64,000 bases of DNA from Perkinsela sp. CCAP 1560/9 (lineage: Eukaryota > Protista > Euglenozoa: Kinetoplastea): NCBI GenBank assembly GCA_965644495.1, contig CBFFSA010000011.1, positions 372,001 to 436,000 on the forward strand, given 5' to 3'. Both the position numbers and the translations under genes were made by a program. Of the stretch, positions 11,474-21,604 are shown in pieces. How positions within the stretch are numbered: position 1 is the first letter of the stretch; each line of letters opens with the position of its first letter. The notes beneath the pieces are model-generated. The model saw only the letters and a list, made by a program, of their open reading frames with translations, searched no databases and was not told the origin of the DNA.

Positions 11474-12576
11474 TTATCACTCCTTCGTAAGCACCATGTT
11501 ACCGGGACCAAGCCCTAGGTGCCAGGCATGCCATAGCACGTCACAACTTCCCACCCTCTCCCTTCTGTTTTTATTCTGTTTTCACTTCATTAAAAAAACA
11601 TGCTGGAGAGGAGGATGTATAGCGCAAATGGAACGGCAAGTGTGCCCCGAAGGACACGGAGCCCATGGGCCTCCCAGCACGAATGCTGGGGCGGTGGTAC
11701 CCCGAAGGGTACGGAGCCCATGGGCCTCGTTACAGAGGATGTATAAATGCAACGGCAAGTGTGCCCCGAAGGACACGGAGCCCATGGGCCTCCCAGCACG
11801 AATGCTGGGGCGGCGGTACCCCGAAGGGTACGGAGCCCATGGGCCTCGTCACAGAGGATGTATAAATGCAACGGCAAGTGTGCCCCGAAGGACACGGAGC
11901 CCATGGGCCTCCCAGCACGAATGCTGGGGCGGTGGTACCCCGAAGGGTACGGAGCCCATGGGCCTCGTTACAGAGGATGTATAAATGCAACGGCAAGTGT
12001 GCCCCGAAGGACACGGAGCCCATGGGCCTCCCAGCACGAATGCTGGGGCGGTGGTACCCCGAAGGGTACGGAGCCCATGGGCCTCGTCACAGAGGATGTA
12101 TAAATGCAACGGCAAGTGTGCCCCGAAGGACACGGAGCCCATGGGCCTCCCAGCACGAATGCTGGGGCGGTGGTACCCCGAAGGGTACGGAGCCCATGGG
12201 CCTCGTTACAGAGGATGTATAAATGCAATGGCAAGTGTGCCCCGAAGGACACGGAGCCCATGGGCCTCCCTGCACGAATGCTGGGGCGGTGGTACCCCGA
12301 AGGGTACGGAGCCCATGGGCCTCGTTACAGAGGATGAAGTACTGCCAGGCCGGGACCAAGCGAATTGATGTGTGACATTTTCAGGCGTGTAAGATTGTTT
12401 AGTTAAATGGAGCTAAATGTAGTAGTTATACTGGACACTAGAAACAAGTAATTCAATTATATTTAGTTTATAATCGTGCTATAGATGTATTGAAATCTTC
12501 ACCCTCACACTCCGCCGAATATGGCGGTGCCGGGCTTGGGACCGGTAACAAGCGTGTTTACGAAGGAGTGATAATG
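11472..12576. mobile_element. Non-coding element with 44/45-bp imperfect TIRs enclosing a 119-bp tandem array
   Basis: 11472-11515 CATTATCACTCCTTCGTAAGCACCATGTTACCGGGACCAAGCCC versus the reverse complement of 12532-12576 CATTATCACTCCTTCGTAAACACGCTTGTTACCGGTCCCAAGCCC (first 19 nt identical). Confidence 0.75.
11611..12336 (-). repeat. Tandem array, 6 x 119 bp, each unit a diverged dimer of structured half-units
   Basis: Units start at about 11611, 11734, 11853, 11972, 12091 and 12210; GGAGCCCATGGGCCTC occurs 12 times; the minus strand folds into three UUCG hairpins per unit. Confidence 0.95.
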
Positions 12577-12706
12577 TATATTTCATAAAAAGTGTATGAT
12601 TTTGTTTTTACCGATCAAAATTAGCGTTCTAAACGGAATTACATATGTAGATGGCAAGAAGTATGACATACCAGAAAGATAGCACGCGACACCTTTAGTT
12701 CTTTTC

Positions 12707-14761
12707 ATGTACCGCGCGTTTTCCATTACTCACAAGTCCTGGTCTTCCTCCTGCGGGACGACTTCCTCACATGCGTCCAGTCGATACCACCTCACGGGTA
12801 TGGCACAGCCCTTAGCCAAAATTCTACACGCCAAAGCTACCCTTCATCGTGAAAGGATTCAAAAACTACGAAAGGAGAAGGGCAATGAGAGTCTGGGACC
12901 CATCACAGTTGACTCGTTGTATAATGGCGCACGTGGGCTCACGTGTCTTCCCCATGAGCCTTCGACGTTGGACCCTCTGGAGGGCATTCGCTACCGTGGT
13001 ATGAGCCTTGCGGCGTGCCGAAACAAACTGCTAGATTGCTCCGAGATTGGCACCGAGCCGCGGCCGGAGGCGTTGTTCTGGCTCCTGCTCACAGGAGAAC
13101 TCCCCCATGCGGATGAGCTGCGTGAGCTCTCTGCGGATCTCCACAGGCGAAGCACCGAAAGTACCACACTACCCTCGGTGCTGTCCTTTCTCGAGACCCT
13201 CCCTCGCTCCATGCCCCCGATCACACAACTCACCATCGCACTGCTCGCGCTCCAACCCCACTCCTTACTCGCGCTCGCCCAAACGGAGGGCAAAGCCACC
13301 AAACGAAACACCCCCGATTTCATGCTCGAGGACGCCCTTAACTGTGTGGCCTGGGTCCCCGTCCTGGCCGCCGCGATCTACCGCAGGCACTGTGCTCCTG
13401 TGGATTCCAACGACACCCTCCCCCCTTCCGAACCAACCCACAACATCTCCTCAACAGAATCTCCCCTCTTCGAGACCACACCCTATTCTATTTCAAACCG
13501 TGAAACTCATGAGGGGGAAACCCATGAGGGTAACAACAATAACCATACGAACAACGCTCATCCTCTAAACCCCTTCCCCCCCTTATCCCACCCACGACCT
13601 CAAAATCCTCAAGACCACAACTCTCTTCACCTTCACGACAACACCTTGGAGAGCTCACAAAACACACGACCCACGAGTCGTGCTCCAAATTCAAAGTCGG
13701 CTCTCTCCTCCGATCCCTCTTTGGGGTCTTCTTGTGAGTCTTCTGGTGAGTCTTCTGGTGAGTCTTGTGAGTCTTCCGAGGCTCTGGGCTCGGACTGGAC
13801 CGCGGCCTTTGCCCGTGGACTCTCTCTCCACGGTTCTGGGGCCCACGACCTGCTCCGGCTCTTCCTCTTCGTCCACGCCTGCCACGACGGGGGGAGTCTC
13901 TCCACCCATGTGGCCTCGATGGTCGGGGGGGCGCGGGGGGATGTGTTTCTGTGTCTCTCCAGCGCCTGTGCCGCCCTGGGCGCCCCCGGGCACGGGGGGA
14001 ACATGGCGCAGGGGCTGGAGTTTTTACACGCCCTGCAGTGTACGTTGCGGAGGAAGAATAGAGGGGTTGGAGGGGGAGGTTTAGAGGTTGGGGGATTTGC
14101 CCCGCATTCGGCTACGAAGGGGGTAAATGCCTCCATCTCTTCTTCCTCCTCTTCTTCCCCTCTTTCTTTTTGTTCCTCTTCTTCCTCTTCTTCTTCTGTT
14201 TCCGGGGACGAGGGTCTCCGTTCGATTCTCTCCGAACTCACGTGGGAGTATTACCACAACGGAGCGGACCACATCCCCGGCTACGGTCATGCGGTGCTTC
14301 GAGGCCCCGATCCGCGATACGATCTGCTCTATCGCTTCGCCTCGCAGCACTGTGGGGGTAACCCCTACTTTCGCATTCTCCAGCAGATCCACCCGATCAT
14401 GCCGGAGGTGTTAGCGCGGCATGGGCGCGGGGGTAATCCGCATGCAACATCGGATGCCATCTCGGGGCTGTTGTTGGCCCATTACGGGATGAGGGGAAGG
14501 CAGTCGTTGTCTTCTTCATCTTTTTCTTCATCTTCTTCTTTTATTCACTTCTTTCCCGTGCTGTTGGCCGTAAGCCGACAGCTCGGGATTGTGAGTGGGT
14601 TGGTTTGGGACCGCATGGGTCGACGCCCGGTGGAACGGCCGCGGTCGGTGTCGGTGGGGGAGCTGGGGCGGCGGTTTCAAATCACAGAGAGGGGGGAGGG
14701 GAAAATGGGGCAGAGGGGGAAAATGGGGGAGAAAGGGGAGAGGAGGGAGAAAGAGGGGTAG
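12707..14761 (+). CDS. Divergent eukaryote-type citrate synthase with low-complexity insertions
   Basis: LGPITVDSLYNGARG, EPSTLDPLEGIRYRG, PEALFWLLLTGE, HACHDGGSLSTH, PGHG, IPGYGHAVLRGPDPRY, DAISG, PVERPRS. Confidence 0.85.
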   Translation: MYRAFSITHKSWSSSCGTTSSHASSRYHLTGMAQPLAKILHAKATLHRERIQKLRKEKGNESLGPITVDSLYNGARGLTCLPHEPSTLDPLEGIRYRGMSLAACRNKLLDCSEIGTEPRPEALFWLLLTGELPHADELRELSADLHRRSTESTTLPSVLSFLETLPRSMPPITQLTIALLALQPHSLLALAQTEGKATKRNTPDFMLEDALNCVAWVPVLAAAIYRRHCAPVDSNDTLPPSEPTHNISSTESPLFETTPYSISNRETHEGETHEGNNNNHTNNAHPLNPFPPLSHPRPQNPQDHNSLHLHDNTLESSQNTRPTSRAPNSKSALSSDPSLGSSCESSGESSGESCESSEALGSDWTAAFARGLSLHGSGAHDLLRLFLFVHACHDGGSLSTHVASMVGGARGDVFLCLSSACAALGAPGHGGNMAQGLEFLHALQCTLRRKNRGVGGGGLEVGGFAPHSATKGVNASISSSSSSSPLSFCSSSSSSSSVSGDEGLRSILSELTWEYYHNGADHIPGYGHAVLRGPDPRYDLLYRFASQHCGGNPYFRILQQIHPIMPEVLARHGRGGNPHATSDAISGLLLAHYGMRGRQSLSSSSFSSSSSFIHFFPVLLAVSRQLGIVSGLVWDRMGRRPVERPRSVSVGELGRRFQITERGEGKMGQRGKMGEKGERREKEG

Positions 14762-15231
14762 GGGTAGGTGGGGGTGAGGTGGGAAAAGGGAGTTGTAGCA
14801 GGATAGAGGGGGGGGAAGTAGATTGTTGGTTACGAGTAGAAGATGCAATAGAGGACAAGTGTTTGCATCGCTACAGGGGTCATTATAAATTTGTAGTTGG
14901 GTGGGGACGTTTAGACAAACTTATGGATAATGATAGGTTTTTGAATTCACTTGTTTTTGTTATGATTTCTTGTCCAGATCCCTAGTAGTAGTATTAGGAG
15001 TTGAGTTTGTTGTATTTTTTACATGATTTTTACTGTTTTTCAATGCAGCAGGATATTTAGACAGATCCCCATTGAATTTTTAGTCTTTTTAGATATCACT
15101 TTGTTTTCCTGAAAAATTATTATAGCGTTGGTTTTTTTGAAAATCTATTTAACCATTCTTTTCGCTAATAAACTTCACAATAAAAAATGAATAGTTTGAA
15201 TCCATTTCCTTAACAAGCTTATTCTCTTACT

Positions 15232-15663
15232 ATGACGAAAGCACACGGAATTAACGCGGGACGTAAACTTGTTCGTCTGCGCCGTGAGAATCGCTGGGCC
15301 GACAAGAAATACAAAAAGCGTCACTTGGGCACCGCATTGAAAGCTAATCCCTTCGGAGGGTCCAGTCACGCCAAAGGGATTGTCCTGGAAAAAATTGGTG
15401 TTGAAGCCAAGCAGCCCAACTCTGCCATCCGAAAGTGTGTACGAGTCCAACTGATCAAAAACGGAAAGCGTATTATCGCGTTCTGTCCCCGCGATGGATC
15501 GCTGCACTTTATGGAAGAAAATGACCAGGTCCTCGTCGCGGGTCTCGGACGTAGTGGTCACGCTGTCGGAGATATTCCCGGGGTTCGATTCAAGGTTGTG
15601 AAGGTAAGTTCCGTGGGGCTCTACTCTCTCTTCCGTGGCAAACGTGAGAAGCCACATCACTAA
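15232..15663 (+). CDS. RPS23: 40S ribosomal protein S23 (uS12)
   Basis: [37 protein letters not shown]; [13 protein letters not shown]. Confidence 0.98.
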   Translation: MTKAHGINAGRKLVRLRRENRWADKKYKKRHLGTALKANPFGGSSHAKGIVLEKIGVEAKQPNSAIRKCVRVQLIKNGKRIIAFCPRDGSLHFMEENDQVLVAGLGRSGHAVGDIPGVRFKVVKVSSVGLYSLFRGKREKPHH

Positions 15664-15938
15664 ACAGAGGACTTTCCTGTAAGAATAAAGACGAAGAAAG
15701 TTTTGAGAATGGTAGTTTATACATAAAGTTAAGCGTAAAGTCATTCAAATCGCGTTATTAGTTCATCCGGAGAGTAACAACATCCACGCAAACATTTTTT
15801 AATCTCGACTCCTATTTTTACCATTTTATTTTACCCTTTTATCCCTTTTTTATCCCCTTCTTTTTTTCTTTTTCCTTAGCTTTTTCCATCCCCCTTTATC
15901 TCTCCCCCCCCTAAAAAAAAATATTAAATAAACCAACC

Positions 15939-16409
15939 ATGCCCCGCCCCAAACCCTCCGCGGGTTTCTCCCACCAAGACTGGGCCCCCCAAGCCGCCCA
16001 CCCCGCCGCCGCGGCCTCCGCGGTGCACAAAACCCACAACCCCGCGGAGATTGCCAGAGCCCAGCAAGCCAACCAACCCGTCACCGTGACCACGCGGCAC
16101 GATGCCGGGCACAACCGGCAGCACGGCGCCTCCGAGCACTTACATATGAAAAAGATCGAAAACGAGGAGGACGCCTATGTGCACAAAACCGTGGACCGCT
16201 CCCTCGCGGTGAACCTGCGACGGGCCCGGGCGAAGAGGGAGCTGACCCAGGCCCAGCTCGCGCACGCGATGAACGAGAAAGCCGCGGTGATCCAGAGCTA
16301 CGAAAGCGGCAACGCGATCCCGAATGGGTCGCTGATTGCGAAAATGGAGAAGGCGCTGGGGCTGAGGCTGCGGGGGCCACAGGCGTTGGAACCGCTGGGG
16401 AAGAAATAG
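15939..16409 (+). CDS. MBF1: Multiprotein bridging factor 1
   Basis: N-terminal QDW; C-terminal HTH LTQAQLAHAMNEKAAVIQSYESGNAIPN...KMEKALGLRLRG. Confidence 0.93.
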   Translation: MPRPKPSAGFSHQDWAPQAAHPAAAASAVHKTHNPAEIARAQQANQPVTVTTRHDAGHNRQHGASEHLHMKKIENEEDAYVHKTVDRSLAVNLRRARAKRELTQAQLAHAMNEKAAVIQSYESGNAIPNGSLIAKMEKALGLRLRGPQALEPLGKK

Positions 16410-16824
16410 AGACAGGGGAGGGGGTGAAAAGGGTGTGAATAGAGGAAGATATTATAGACATAATATAGATACCCTATAGAAAACCCTATAGATATAGGGT
16501 TTTGCTACAGGAAATGTGAAGAAGTGAGATCAAAATGAAATTTGCTGTTTTTGGGAATTCGGTGTCGCTTTGCAGCCCTCCGTTGTTGTACAGACTGACG
16601 CTGATGGCCCATGGTCCATATTAAATAATTTTAGCCCTTACATATCGTTTCCTTTTTATCTGCTTTATTCAGCAGTATTTTCGTTTGGTGACTCCTTTAA
16701 AAGAAGTTTGTTTTTTGAAGGTTGTGGAAATGGCTACGGCGCTGCTAGGATGGGCTGAAGTTGATTCTTATGCAAACAAGATTATATCTTTTTCGACCAC
16801 ACATTACTACTGCTTTATGATAGT

Positions 16825-17494
16825 ATGTTTACGTTACATTTTATGTCCTGCCTGAATTTTCATACCGCTGACTCGTCCTCTCGATCAGCAAAGGTGCGAG
16901 GTGCTGTTTTACCGCAAGAATTCACGCTGTCACAATTGGTGAGTATTCTTTCCTACAACTCCTAAGCGTCCTGGACGAATGACACTCCTGCATGTGAATA
17001 GTCGTACGTCCAGTGTAACACTGAACAGAAAGTAGTTCGACTATTTGTGAGATTCTCGGGCCTATGGTTTTGATTGTCCCACACTAGAAGAGGAAGATTA
17101 TCCCACACTAGAAGGCGAATTGTTGTGGAAATACTTGTCGCCTACGTTGTTATACTTTGGTGCTTCGTCGCAGTCCTTGAGCGGGCTTGTGGATCTCTCA
17201 ATTTTACCTCCCGATCTTAAAAAAATCAATATCAGTATGAATCAGTGTAGTGGATCATTGGATTTGACGTGCTTGCCCTCTACTCTTCAAGCTATGTACC
17301 TCGATAAAAACAGATTCAAAGGTGAAATTGATCTGACATGTCTTCCACCATCGATCCGCGAAATCTACTTGGGCGAAACTGAGCTATGTGGGGAACCGGA
17401 TGTCACGAAGCTGCCCGAAGGGTTACAGGTACTGGACCTCTCTTTCAACAAGTTTGGTTGGCGTGGGGATATACCTGCTCTAGTAAGAATCTAG
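16825..17494 (+). pseudogene. LRR pseudogene, paralogue of 7512-8165
   Basis: TADSSSRSAKVRGAVLPQEFTL followed by stops and frameshifts and a TCCCACACTAGAAG duplication (about 17077 and 17101); the 3' half is still an open LRR frame. Confidence 0.8.
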
Positions 17495-18606
17495 ATTAAG
17501 ATGCGTCAACAACTGTTTGCCATGCATGATTAATGCACTTTACTTTTTGTGATTTTCTTTTCGAAGAAATAAATTGATTAGGTTTTCCTAAGAACATCGT
17601 TTACCATATACGTTATGCGCCACACTCCTACATGGAGAACCCCCAGAGAGTCACTTGTAGCAGGAAAAAAGTACGCCCAGCACTATGACCTGATGATGGT
17701 TAGGATCAGGCTTGGGAGAAATCTCTAGTGACACAGATCACTACGAATAAATGAATGGCGTAGATTAAATTTGGTTTGTAACTCGACGCAGATGAACTTC
17801 CAACTTAAACGGTTTAAATACTTCTATTCATGCATTCTTTTGGTCATTGTTATTCCTTAACCACGTGACGGGCTGCAGCTGTTTCGCCCAAGATCGGGAT
17901 CGCGGTTTCTATTTTATAGTCCCCATCTTTCGGAGCTACCTTAGTTTAACTAAGTTACTGTCCCGCTGCTCAATCTTTTTACTCTTTGCATTAATGGTTC
18001 TCCGAGGTTGGAGCCGATTGCACTGGACAAAATTCCGCTGAGGAGGAATATATCGTGACCCAAAGCGCTTGTCGTTGTTTTGATGTGCCGAATAGGTCGA
18101 ATTATGTCCACCAAACATTCGGAAATTTCCCGAGCCTCTTCCTCTTTGGGCGTTGTGCTTTCTCGCTTTCGCCATTTCGACTGAATGGCCGCACTCGGAA
18201 CACTCACTTGGGTGGCTGTTGGGACGAGACACACGCTTTCTCGGCATGCTTCCAGGCACGGCGCTTTGGAGGCAGCTAAATAATTTGCATTATATGCAAG
18301 AAATTGGGCAGCCAGCTCCAGTAAGAAATGGTTAGCAGGCACCTGAGCGGCAAGGGAACGATGATGGGGACGATGAAGCTAACGAGCTCCGACTCCTGCT
18401 TTCCAATTTCGTCAGTACAACACTACGCATGACCATTCTCCTAAAACTAGAATAGAAAAACAAATAAAAGTTTCGCTTGTAACTTTTTTAAAATTTTCAA
18501 GTTATTTTGCGAAAAGGTGACAGATAAATAGGGGCGATGGTGGATAAAAAAAAATTATTAGAAGCGCTGAAAAGCGACATATAACTAGGGGGGTGGGAGT
18601 GACAGG

Positions 18607-18774
18607 TACTATCCCCCCTATCCTAGCGTTGCCTCGGTACCCCCCTCATTAGCGTTGCTTTTTAGACTGTCTCTTCAAGACCCTCTTGCCGCGAAGCGGC
18701 GATTTTTTTTCTGACCCCCCATCCTAGCGTTGCCTGGTTTTGAGAAAAACCAGAAGAGTAACTAGGGGGGGTAC
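18607..18774. repeat. MITE-like dispersed repeat (TATCCTAGCGTTGC family)
   Basis: Shares CCCTATCCTAGCGTTGCCTCGGTAC and CTCTTGCCGCGA with 20700-20810 and 62268-62341; a related fragment lies at 39660-39716. Confidence 0.7.
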
Positions 18775-19048
18775 AATACATCATATACGTCAGTCCAAAC
18801 GAGAGAAAACAATCTCCCACAAAAACAATACTGTTTCTGTAAACACGAGCTTACGTTTTGCATGTAGGAATCTCCGTTAGACTTGCGCTTACACAAGGAC
18901 AATACTAGCAGATAGTGGTAGCGAGATAATTTGCGACGCGAAAGATAGATTGCGACGCGAAGCGGTGTAAGATTTTTTTTCCTAATTTTCCTCAAAATTT
19001 GTAACCCTCTTATTTAAAAGTTCCTTTTCCTGAAAAGCGGTGACAATT

Positions 19049-19116
19049 GAGGGGCTGCGGGTATGATCTCACGTGATCTCGCGTGATCTCGTCGTGGGCC
19101 TCACCCGCAGCCCCTC
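19049..19116. mobile_element. 68-bp MITE with 14-bp TIRs and AATT on both flanks
   Basis: AATT-GAGGGGCTGCGGGT...ACCCGCAGCCCCTC-AATT, with three internal GATCTC repeats. Confidence 0.7.
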
Positions 19117-19638
19117 AATTAAGTAGGAGGGTACAGTATTACTTCTCACAAGTTCAACACAGTTGAAGTATAAAGGGGGAGTCACAGTAATCCGTGCAGT
19201 TCTGAATCTTCGTTTCGAACTGTACGCGGGGGAGCCAGCTGGCCGTCCGCTGGCACGTCTTCGAACGTGGAGAGGGAGCAGTGGCGGCAGTGCACAAAAC
19301 TACTGGGGGTGTACTGGCATCTTTACTCTTACAAAAAGGAGACAAAGAAAATGCTACTTATAGAACTGCGTTCTTTGGTGGGTCGCCCAATACGGTATTC
19401 GGGTGAGGTATTACACCTGACCGATCGGTAAAATATGGCAAGATTAGCTGTTCACTTCCCTCTGAATTGTTATTTTCACGTGTACCAGAAATTCATAGTT
19501 TCGAATTGTGCACAAAAACAAATTTTTTGTTTTCGTTTAATTTTTCTATCTGCATATTATCGTGAGAGCGCCAGTGTTAAAAGGTTAGTAAAAGTTTCCC
19601 TCTGCTTCTCCATGTCTCATCCCCTCTAACCCCTAACC

Positions 19639-20253
19639 ATGACGGATCATCTCTGCTCCACCCACTTCCCCCCGTTAGTATTTTTCATCGTCGGGGGACC
19701 GGGCAGCGGGAAAGGAACAAACTGCACGCGATTCGCCACCGAGTTCGGTTTCGAACACATCAGTGCTGGGGAGCTCCTGCGCGCGGAGGCCGCAAAGGAT
19801 ACCCCCCGGGGGCGGCACGTGTCCTCTATCCTCTCCTCCGGGCATATTGTCCCCTCGGAGATTACCATGGAGCTCATGCAGCTGGCTTTGGTAGGGACCA
19901 AAAGAAACGAGACCTCCCCCTCTCCTGCAGGCTTCTTAATTGATGGGTTTCCGCGAAAACGGGACCAGGGGGAGATGTTTGAGCAACGTATCGGTCCCGC
20001 ACGAAAAGTAATCCATTTACGCTGTAGTGAGGGGGAAATGCTGCGTAGGTTACGGGAGAGGCAGGGTGCTCGCAGGGATGACTCCCCGGAGGTGATTTTG
20101 GAACGGCTTCGGACCAACACGTTGCAGTGTGTTCCAGTGCTGGAGCAGTACCGCAGGGAGGGGAGGGTGGATGTGGTGGACTGTGATACGGGGTCCGTGG
20201 AGGAGGTTTACCAAAGGTTTCGGAAGTGTGTTCTACAACATGCGAAGTTGTAA
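19639..20253 (+). CDS. UMP-CMP kinase / adenylate kinase family
   Basis: GGPGSGKGT P-loop, HISAGELLR, GFLIDGFPR, RRDD (short LID). Confidence 0.92.
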   Translation: MTDHLCSTHFPPLVFFIVGGPGSGKGTNCTRFATEFGFEHISAGELLRAEAAKDTPRGRHVSSILSSGHIVPSEITMELMQLALVGTKRNETSPSPAGFLIDGFPRKRDQGEMFEQRIGPARKVIHLRCSEGEMLRRLRERQGARRDDSPEVILERLRTNTLQCVPVLEQYRREGRVDVVDCDTGSVEEVYQRFRKCVLQHAKL

Positions 20254-20699
20254 GCAAAAATTTGGAGTGGGATTTGTGATGGGCGGAACTGGTAAAAAAA
20301 AATCCATTTAGAGCCACATTTTATAGATTCTACGAATTTCCTAAAGCACTATGTAGGAGGACTACAATATGGCAGTACAATATAATTTAGCGTATATTTT
20401 AGCATATGGATTCATTCCCGTGTGCGATCCCCACATACTATTTTGAAGGGCAGTGTTAAATTTTATACTTCGTCCATAAGACAACAAGTACAGCTCGACC
20501 TGTGATTATTGAAAGAAAGTGAACAAATTCCCTGCGAAATTGAGAGTAACACACAATAAAAACGGCAAAATAAAAGGCGTTCCGGTGATCTAAAATCGGG
20601 CAAAAGGAAATTGGAAAACAGTGGCATTAGGGCCCCTTATGATCCACGTGAAAATCCTATATAGAAATCCGAATTATAATTTGAAAACAACTTTCACCT

Positions 20700-20810
20700 C
20701 CCTATCCTAGCGTTGCCTCGGTACACCCCTTATTAGCGTTGCTTTTACGACTTAACTCTTGCCGCGATGCGACAACTTTTTTTACGCCCCTTAGGGTTGC
20801 TTTTTACTAA
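20700..20810. repeat. Copy of the TATCCTAGCGTTGC repeat family
   Basis: Aligns with 18615-18700. Confidence 0.65.
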
Positions 20811-20941
20811 ACGGAAGCCCGGTTTAGTATACCTGTGAGGTTTAGCATGCCTGTGGAAGAGAGTATATTAGAAGGACAGTCTTTCTTGACGTTGACTAGT
20901 ACTTTTTACACAACTTTTGCTAAGCGTGTTAGGTAATTTTC

Positions 20942-21604
20942 ATGAATTCCACAAGTACGACCCCGCATCTTCGCACTTCGAAGGTCCGTCACACCGAGCT
21001 ACCGGTAGAGTATCGGATGATGCATCTCATTAAAGATATTGAAAACCCACACAAGAGTTGGTCTGAAGACACACATCTCTGCAATTGGTCTGGCGTGAGC
21101 TGCAACCGCACTGCTCTACCCCTCATAAGTATCACGGAAATTTTATGGAGAGGTCGAAATCTAGCAGGAAGGCTTCGCTGGGAATTTCTACCCCCAACAG
21201 TACGAAACCTAGACGTCGGCCTCAACACGTATTTTGGCTGGCAGCAGAATATGCTTAAAGGACCACTTCCACTGTACGATATGCCTACACAGTTAAAGAA
21301 AATACTAGTCGGGTACAATCAATTGTCGGGGGAACTAGCTCTTACGTCGCTTCCCTCTAACCTTTGGATGCTCAATGTTTCTTCGAACGATTTCGAAGGA
21401 AATGTAGACTTAACAGCATTACCTCGAACGTTAGAATTTTTGCAGATGGATACGAATCCTGGACTACGTGGTCCCACGGACCTTTCTTGCCTTCCACTTT
21501 CATTGTGCTCGCTAACAATGATTCAGACGGGGTTATATCCTTCTGATACTCAGCATGTTCCACGATTTGTGAAATGGTCTAATAAAACCGCGTATGCGAG
21601 GTAG
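20942..21604 (+). CDS. Leucine-rich repeat protein
   Basis: LCNWSGVSC cap; LNVSSNDFEGNVDLTALP. Confidence 0.85.
   Translation: MNSTSTTPHLRTSKVRHTELPVEYRMMHLIKDIENPHKSWSEDTHLCNWSGVSCNRTALPLISITEILWRGRNLAGRLRWEFLPPTVRNLDVGLNTYFGWQQNMLKGPLPLYDMPTQLKKILVGYNQLSGELALTSLPSNLWMLNVSSNDFEGNVDLTALPRTLEFLQMDTNPGLRGPTDLSCLPLSLCSLTMIQTGLYPSDTQHVPRFVKWSNKTAYAR

Noticed and set aside
11611-12336. CRISPR-like array (12 copies of a palindromic 16-mer)
   Set aside because: The intervening sequences are two alternating near-identical sequences, not unique spacers; there are no cas genes and the context is eukaryotic.
11611-12336. Known small ribozyme (hammerhead, HDV, twister, hairpin) in the repeat unit
   Set aside because: No CUGANGA/GAAA core or other diagnostic catalytic motif is visible on either strand.
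11496-12368. Overlapping 97-162 aa ORFs across the array
   Set aside because: Artefact of a 119-bp (non-triplet) GC-rich unit with one stop per strand; no protein-like features.
12564-12591. dif-like site (ATAATGTATATT shared with E. coli dif)
   Set aside because: The XerC and XerD arms match only about half; an AT-rich chance match is likely.
17850-18420. Minus-strand ORFs of 107 and 130 aa (possible gag-like remnant)
   Set aside because: No recognisable motif; cannot support a call.
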